Source: Spirochaetia bacterium (GTDB taxonomy: Bacteria > Spirochaetota > Spirochaetia > DSM-2461). Taken from it: a stretch of DNA of 64,000 nucleotides. The stretch is from assembly GCA_963666985.2 (NCBI GenBank), contig CAXXIA010000002.1:3040001-3104000 (forward strand), read 5' to 3'. Shown here in pieces: positions 58,592 to 64,000 of the stretch. The notes below the pieces were generated by a model. The model did not search any database. It was not told the DNA's origin and worked only from the letters and a program-made list of their open reading frames with translations. The translations under genes and the position numbers were made by a program. The stretch's first letter is position 1. Every line of letters begins with the position of its first letter.

Positions 58592-59700
58592 TGAATTTCT
58601 CCCAGCATCCGGAAAAGCGGCAGAACATAGCGGACCACGATCAGAATCATGCCTCCTCCTACAAAGAGGATAAGGATCGGTTCAATCAGACGCGCCGCGG
58701 AATCGACGCTTCTGGCGATGCGTGTTTCGAAGTGTTTTCTGAGAACGGAAAAGATCGACTGAACGCGGCCGGTTCTCTCGCCGATTCGAATCCATCCGGC
58801 CATCATGCCGGGAATCCATGACTCGTCGGAGAGCAGGCGGGAAAGGGACTCGCCGCGGCTTACACCTTCGGCCGCGTGAACCAGACGATTGCGCAGATAT
58901 GAGTGTCGCACCGTTTCGGCCGCCTGCAGAAGCGCTGCGTCCAGCGGCATGCCGCGGCCGGCGCAAATCTCCAGCGCGAAAGACCATTCCATCAGATTCC
59001 AATCGCGCAGAAAGGCGCCGATTCCCGGAATGAAAAGGATCATTTTTTTCAGCTTTTCGCCGTTTCTTTCACTCCTCGATCGGTAATGGAGCAGAGTCAT
59101 AACGGCCGGTATCGCCGCCGAGCAGAGAAGAAGAGGAACGGCGAACGAAATCCCGGATCGGCTCGAAATTCCTGATGCTCGGTCCGCCGAAAAACCCAGG
59201 ACTTCCATGCTTGCCCGCAAGTTAGGAAGTGTAACCGCGGTTAGGTAGATAACCGCCGCGAGTGCCGTTACGCAGACCATAACGGGGTAGGCAAGAGCTC
59301 CCTTTAACTTTTCCCGCAGCCGCTCGAGCCTGTCGTAATGATGTTCCAAGTGACGCATGGCTTCGGCGAGCGAGCCGGTGGATTCGGCAATCCCCGAGAG
59401 GGCTTTAAAGAGTTGGGGAATTGTTATGGGACAAATCTCCAAAGCTTTTCGAAAAGACTCCCCTCGATTCAATTCCCGCGAGAGTCCTCGGGTTACGGCG
59501 GCGATAGTTTCTTCTCCGCGGAATTCTCCCAGAAGATAAACGGCTTCCTGGAGCGTATGCCCGCCTTCCAGAAGCATGGCCAGCTCTCCGGCGAATTCTC
59601 CTGTTTTTTTCAGCGAAAGACGTTTTGTTCGGTCCTTTCGGTTCGAACGGATCGGGCGGCGCGGATTCTTTTTATCGGAGGTAAAGAGAGCCGCTTTCAT
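58588..59700 (-). CDS. T2SS/T4P inner-membrane platform protein (GspF/PilC family)
   Basis: LAMLLEGG, GIAESTGSL, ALAYP, IGERTG, LIEP. Confidence 0.88.
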   Translation of the reverse strand: MKAALFTSDKKNPRRPIRSNRKDRTKRLSLKKTGEFAGELAMLLEGGHTLQEAVYLLGEFRGEETIAAVTRGLSRELNRGESFRKALEICPITIPQLFKALSGIAESTGSLAEAMRHLEHHYDRLERLREKLKGALAYPVMVCVTALAAVIYLTAVTLPNLRASMEVLGFSADRASGISSRSGISFAVPLLLCSAAIPAVMTLLHYRSRSERNGEKLKKMILFIPGIGAFLRDWNLMEWSFALEICAGRGMPLDAALLQAAETVRHSYLRNRLVHAAEGVSRGESLSRLLSDESWIPGMMAGWIRIGERTGRVQSIFSVLRKHFETRIARSVDSAARLIEPILILFVGGGMILIVVRYVLPLFRMLGEIQ

Positions 59701-61370
59701 GAGATTACCGCCCGCCGTATTTCTTCCACCGTGGTGATTCCCATGGCGGCTTTCGCGAAGGCGTCACGAAGCATGGGCACATATCCGAAGAGGTTTTCCC
59801 GTTCTTCTCCGTCCGGCCTCCAATGTCCGGAGGCGATTGTCGCGGAGGTCTTTTCATCCGGTGAGAACCATTCTGAGACGGCGATGCGGCCGGAATAACC
59901 GGTCTTTCCGCAGGCCGAGCAGCCCTTTGCGCGGCCGAAACGGAGGTTCCGTACGGATTCCGGGCGGATTTGTTCATCGGCGAATATCCGGCCGCCGGAT
60001 TCGGAAATCCCGTACGCGGCCGCCAGAGACCTTTCGTCGGTATCGGCCGCGGATAGAAAACCGCAAACCGGACAGAGTCGCCGTACCAGGCGCTGAGCCA
60101 GGACGCCTTTGAGTACCGCGCTTAAAAGGTACGGAGGAACCCCCATGTCGGTAAGTCGGGATATCGCGGAAGGCGCATCAAGCGTATGCAGGGTCGCCAG
60201 CACCAGATGTCCGGTAAGGGCGGCCCGCACCGCCAGCATCGCCGTTTCGGGATCTCTTATTTCTCCCACCATCATCACGTCCGGATCTTGTCTGAGCACG
60301 CGCCGAAGCAGACTCTCGAAGGTCAGCCCTATCGCTTCGTTCACCTGGATCTGTTCGATGCCCGGGATAATGTATTCCACGGGATCTTCAATTGTGGTGA
60401 TTTGTCTGTAGTCTTCTTTGATTTCCGTCAGGAATGTTCCGAGCGTGGTGGTTTTGCCGCTGCCGGTCGGACCCGTGGTTAAAAGAAGTCCGTGAGGTGC
60501 CGCAAGGATGCGGCGCAGTGCCTTTACGGTTGATTGTGGAAAACCGAGATTGTCCGGTCGGATCAGGTTTTCGGCTTTCTGAAAGATCCGGAGAACAAGT
60601 GATTCGCCTCGAATAAGCGGAACGGTCGAAAGACGGATATGAACGTCGCGGCCGCCTAAGGTTACGGTCAGACGTCCGTCCTGGGGAAGACGGCTTTCCA
60701 TGATGTTCAGATTCGCCATGAGTTTGATCCGTGAAGATACCGAAGCGAATCGTTCCGGCGGACGGACGGCAACGGTTTGAAGCAATCCGTCCAGCCTGTA
60801 GCGAACGCGCATGGATTCATCGTCTTTCACGATGTGAATGTCGGAAGCTCCGATACGAACGGCGTCCAGGATGATGCTGTTGACCAGATTCACCGTGGGG
60901 GCATCCTCGGTGAGTGTCTCCAGCGGTGCCGGAAGTCCGCCGAATTCCGGCACGGGGTCTTTTATGCCCCCGGTTTCTTCCCGGGAAAAATAGCGTGCCA
61001 ATGCCGAGCGGAACTCGGCCGCCGGAGCTATCCGCAGATCGACGGAACGGGGAGCGTGAAAACGCCACAGTTTTCCGGCGGCGGCTTCGGCATCCGTTCC
61101 TTCTTCGAGCACGGCCGTAACGATTTTGTCGTTTTCTTCCACTTTCAGAACACGGTATTCTTTAATGAACTCCAGTCCGTACTGCTCGAGAACGGACCAG
61201 GAAGGGTAGGTTTTCAGGAGGGGGTAGGCTCCGGAGGAGTCAATGAGCGTTCCCGGGGATTTATCGGCGTTTCGCGAGGTCTTCCGACATGGAGGCCGTT
61301 CCGGAATAGCGGTAAGGCTTTCAGCGTTCAATGTACTTCTCATAAACATGACGGAACAGGCCTCCTTCAT
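59697..61370 (-). CDS. T2SS/T4P assembly ATPase (GspE/PilB family); true start may be further downstream (e.g. TTG at 61331)
   Basis: ASDIH, RLPQDGR, TGPTGSGKTTT, TIEDPVE, LRQDPD, GEIRD, TGHLVLATLH, CPVC...CSAC. Confidence 0.92.
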   Translation of the reverse strand: MKEACSVMFMRSTLNAESLTAIPERPPCRKTSRNADKSPGTLIDSSGAYPLLKTYPSWSVLEQYGLEFIKEYRVLKVEENDKIVTAVLEEGTDAEAAAGKLWRFHAPRSVDLRIAPAAEFRSALARYFSREETGGIKDPVPEFGGLPAPLETLTEDAPTVNLVNSIILDAVRIGASDIHIVKDDESMRVRYRLDGLLQTVAVRPPERFASVSSRIKLMANLNIMESRLPQDGRLTVTLGGRDVHIRLSTVPLIRGESLVLRIFQKAENLIRPDNLGFPQSTVKALRRILAAPHGLLLTTGPTGSGKTTTLGTFLTEIKEDYRQITTIEDPVEYIIPGIEQIQVNEAIGLTFESLLRRVLRQDPDVMMVGEIRDPETAMLAVRAALTGHLVLATLHTLDAPSAISRLTDMGVPPYLLSAVLKGVLAQRLVRRLCPVCGFLSAADTDERSLAAAYGISESGGRIFADEQIRPESVRNLRFGRAKGCSACGKTGYSGRIAVSEWFSPDEKTSATIASGHWRPDGEERENLFGYVPMLRDAFAKAAMGITTVEEIRRAVIS

Positions 61371-63498
61371 CGGAAGAATCGTCTCTGTCGTATTCGATGT
61401 GAGGAACGATATAAACCACGAATTCCGTGTTTTCCATGGTCGAATTTTCTTTTCGAAAGAGATAACCGAGAAGAGGTATTTTCCCGAGAAGCGGAACTCT
61501 TGTCTCTGTTTCCGTTTTTTCCCGCTGAGTCAGGCCGCCGATGACGACGGGTGTGCCTTCGGCGGCGCGGATGCGGGTATTGATGATTTTTTCCGACGTG
61601 GGAGGCAGTCCTCCGGAATCCTCGTTCGCGCTTAACTGTTTGGAGATGGTGGTTTCGACGGCCATGGTGATCATGCCGTCTCCGGACACACGGCCTTCGA
61701 TGTTGATGAAGAGCCCCGAAGTGATTTCCTTTTCCGTGGAAAGGATCAGGTTGCCGTTGGCATCCTGCTGAATATCCTGGTAGCGGAACGTGTTGGTGTT
61801 TCGGAAGCTGATTTTTTCACCGGAAAGACCGTTGAGCGTGGAATCGGCGATTACCTTGGCCCTGGATTCGGAGATTTCGGCCGAGAGTCCGACGGCGAAC
61901 CGGTATCCGAAAGCGGAAGCGATGTCAAAATTCAGATTCAGCAGGGGGCTTAAGTTCCCCACGATTGCCGTTCCGTCGGAAGATCCGCCGGGTTGGAAGG
62001 AAGCATCGCTTTCCCAGTCCCATTGACGGCTGTCCTGATATTGGATGACAAGAAGGTCATAGCGGATTTGCGGAATAGGCCGATCCATGGCGTCCAGAGC
62101 CTCTCTGAACGCCCTGAGCTTGTCCGGCCCGCCGTTGAAAAAGATGAGATTGGGATTTTGCGTTCGGGAGATATCCCGCTCATCAAAAGCCGGCGGCAGA
62201 TTGGCCGTTAATTCTTCCGAAGTGATGTAGCGAAGCGTGATTGGAATGCCTTCTCGGACGCGATCGACCGTTTTCAGCCACGCGGCGAATCTTCGGGACT
62301 GATCTTCGCCGGCCAGAACAAGAATCCCGGAATCTTCCGGCAAATTCTTCATCGGAAGATGCGCGAGATTATCAGGCAGAATCGAGGGAAGGTTCGAAGC
62401 GTCTAAAAACTCAAGATCGAAACGAATCCAGCTTTTATCGGCCGGAGTCACATCCATGGTGTCGAGGAAGGACTGTATCGGCGCCAAATCCTCCAGCGAT
62501 CCTCTGAGAATGAGGGCGTTACGTTCCTTGTCGATTGTCATCGAAGATCGGCCCAAAAGTCCCTGCGGCAGAAGGGATGAAACGGATTTTGCATCCAGAT
62601 GTTCCAGCGGCCGATGGATGATACAGTCATATTTACGCAGCACATCGGAACGCTGGATATCAAAGATGTATCGAATATCTCCAACAAGTATGGAATCGGC
62701 GTTGCCCTGCTCCAGAAGAAGACGCAGCGTATCGTCAAAAGGCCGCGGTCGGAAGTTCAGTTTGGATATTACACCGTCGTTTCTGCCCAGGAAGGAATAC
62801 TCTTTGTCGGCCAGGCTGAAAAGTTCGTCGAGAACATCGCCGAATCGGACATTTCGCACGTTAAGGGAATACAGATCGCCTTCTTTCTCAACGTTCCCCG
62901 CGGCCGAACGATTTCGGTTCCCGCTGACGGCCCGTTTAAGACGGATGTAGAGAAGCCCTTCTTTCGTTTCCAGAGTGTAGTCGGGGTATTTATGAATTAT
63001 GAAAGAGATTAAGTCTGATGCCGATTGCCCGTCGGCGTGAAAGCTCAGCCGTTCGGACGGAAGCGCATCGAAGAGAAGTGTTTCGGGAATGTTTCGCGAG
63101 AGGGCCAGAACGATATCCTGGAGGCGTGCGTCCTCGGCGTCCAGATTCAATCTTCCGTTTTCGCTGGGAACAATCCGAATCCTGGAAACATAGAGAATAT
63201 CGTTGTCCCAGGAGCCGTAGAGGCGATTTTCTTTCAGAAAAAGATTCAGCGCTTCATGAGCATCCATGCCGGGAGAGCGAAAACTCGTTCGGCCTTCCAC
63301 GGTTTCATCCGCCGAAATCGTCATGCCGCCGGCCGTTCCGATAACATCCAGCACGTCCCGAATGTCCTGGTTCAGAAAGGACAGTTCTTCCAATTCTTCT
63401 CCCGATATCGGAAAAGCTGTCGCAGTGAGGAGAACGGCCGTGAGGGAAACGGCGGTGAAAAAGTTGTTTCTGAAATGAATCAAAGACGCTTTTTTCAT
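61321..63498 (-). CDS. Secretin (GspD/PilQ family)
   Basis: Signal peptide, several N-domains, C-terminal secretin core VVIGGL...RVPLLGKIPLLGYLF...EFVVYIVPHI. Confidence 0.88.
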   Translation of the reverse strand: MKKASLIHFRNNFFTAVSLTAVLLTATAFPISGEELEELSFLNQDIRDVLDVIGTAGGMTISADETVEGRTSFRSPGMDAHEALNLFLKENRLYGSWDNDILYVSRIRIVPSENGRLNLDAEDARLQDIVLALSRNIPETLLFDALPSERLSFHADGQSASDLISFIIHKYPDYTLETKEGLLYIRLKRAVSGNRNRSAAGNVEKEGDLYSLNVRNVRFGDVLDELFSLADKEYSFLGRNDGVISKLNFRPRPFDDTLRLLLEQGNADSILVGDIRYIFDIQRSDVLRKYDCIIHRPLEHLDAKSVSSLLPQGLLGRSSMTIDKERNALILRGSLEDLAPIQSFLDTMDVTPADKSWIRFDLEFLDASNLPSILPDNLAHLPMKNLPEDSGILVLAGEDQSRRFAAWLKTVDRVREGIPITLRYITSEELTANLPPAFDERDISRTQNPNLIFFNGGPDKLRAFREALDAMDRPIPQIRYDLLVIQYQDSRQWDWESDASFQPGGSSDGTAIVGNLSPLLNLNFDIASAFGYRFAVGLSAEISESRAKVIADSTLNGLSGEKISFRNTNTFRYQDIQQDANGNLILSTEKEITSGLFINIEGRVSGDGMITMAVETTISKQLSANEDSGGLPPTSEKIINTRIRAAEGTPVVIGGLTQREKTETETRVPLLGKIPLLGYLFRKENSTMENTEFVVYIVPHIEYDRDDSSDEGGLFRHVYEKYIER

Positions 63499-63959
63499 TG
63501 AATCGCTCCGATGCGAAAAATCGCGACCGATAAAGCGCCGATTGTCAGATAGGGAGCGAAGGGCAGGGGATTGCCGATTTCCCGGTGATCTCCTGCCGTC
63601 CTGACGGCGAAATCCGCAAAGGCGCATAATACCGCCGCTCCCAGAGCCGTAAGCCATCCCGCCGGTTCAAGAAAACCGCCGAGAAGCAGGGAATACTTCA
63701 CATCGCCCAGACCGAAGCGATCACATCCGCCGTGCTTTTCTTTTCTCCGGCGGCAGCGTCCGAAGCCGTAAACAACAGCCGTCTGTCCTCCTGCGAGAGC
63801 CATGCCCGTTAACGCGCCGGCAGGTTCTAAGATTCCGATCAGGCATCCGGCGGTCAGAAACGCCAATCCCGCAATGATCGCTTCATCGGGAATTATGAAA
63901 TCACGGGCGTCACGGATGGAAATCCAGCCGCCGAAAATCATCAGGACGGCAAGAGTCAT
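63495..63959 (-). CDS. Short A24-family prepilin peptidase
   Basis: IRD...IIPD and GLGDVK catalytic Asp motifs, C-terminal LPFAPYL; GAAGGAG RBS. Confidence 0.85.
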   Translation of the reverse strand: MTLAVLMIFGGWISIRDARDFIIPDEAIIAGLAFLTAGCLIGILEPAGALTGMALAGGQTAVVYGFGRCRRRKEKHGGCDRFGLGDVKYSLLLGGFLEPAGWLTALGAAVLCAFADFAVRTAGDHREIGNPLPFAPYLTIGALSVAIFRIGAIQ

Positions 63960-64000
63960 AAAGCGGCTCCTTCGAAACGGCGGGAGATAACCCGAAAAAC

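Overview
GC-rich bacterial chromosomal segment, probably from a free-living anaerobic spirochaete (inferred from 'FAxG'-type signal peptides and gene content). Left part: alanine dehydrogenase (cut by the window edge), a CoA-disulfide reductase-rhodanese-TusA-DsrE fusion, an anaerobic sulfatase maturase with a SEC-C partner gene, nadE, two diguanylate cyclases, a BaeSR-like two-component system with a secreted accessory protein, and a LysR-MFS-flavoprotein-ADH-OYE redox cassette. The middle (22.9-55.1 kb) is a 6-deoxyhexose supercluster. It holds an L-rhamnose locus (rhaM, ABC transporter, YesMN-like TCS, aldolase, rhaA, AraC regulator) interrupted by a translationally coupled hipBA module and followed by an IS481-family element. 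It also holds a DeoR-led operon joining an E2/E3/fused-E1 ThDP dehydrogenase complex, a PHP protein, SrlD-like and SorE-like polyol-phosphate oxidoreductases, L-fucose isomerase and a RhaK-like kinase. This operon is the best candidate for an uncharacterised, aldolase-independent sugar catabolic pathway. Right end: a T2SS/type IV pilus-like operon. Non-coding highlights are two RPE1-like palindromic elements with covarying cores, a third structured spacer, a 24-bp perfect palindromic operator upstream of hipB, and a recurring TAnnnT-N6-ATG leaderless-gene signature. Product calls come from motif recognition, not database searches.
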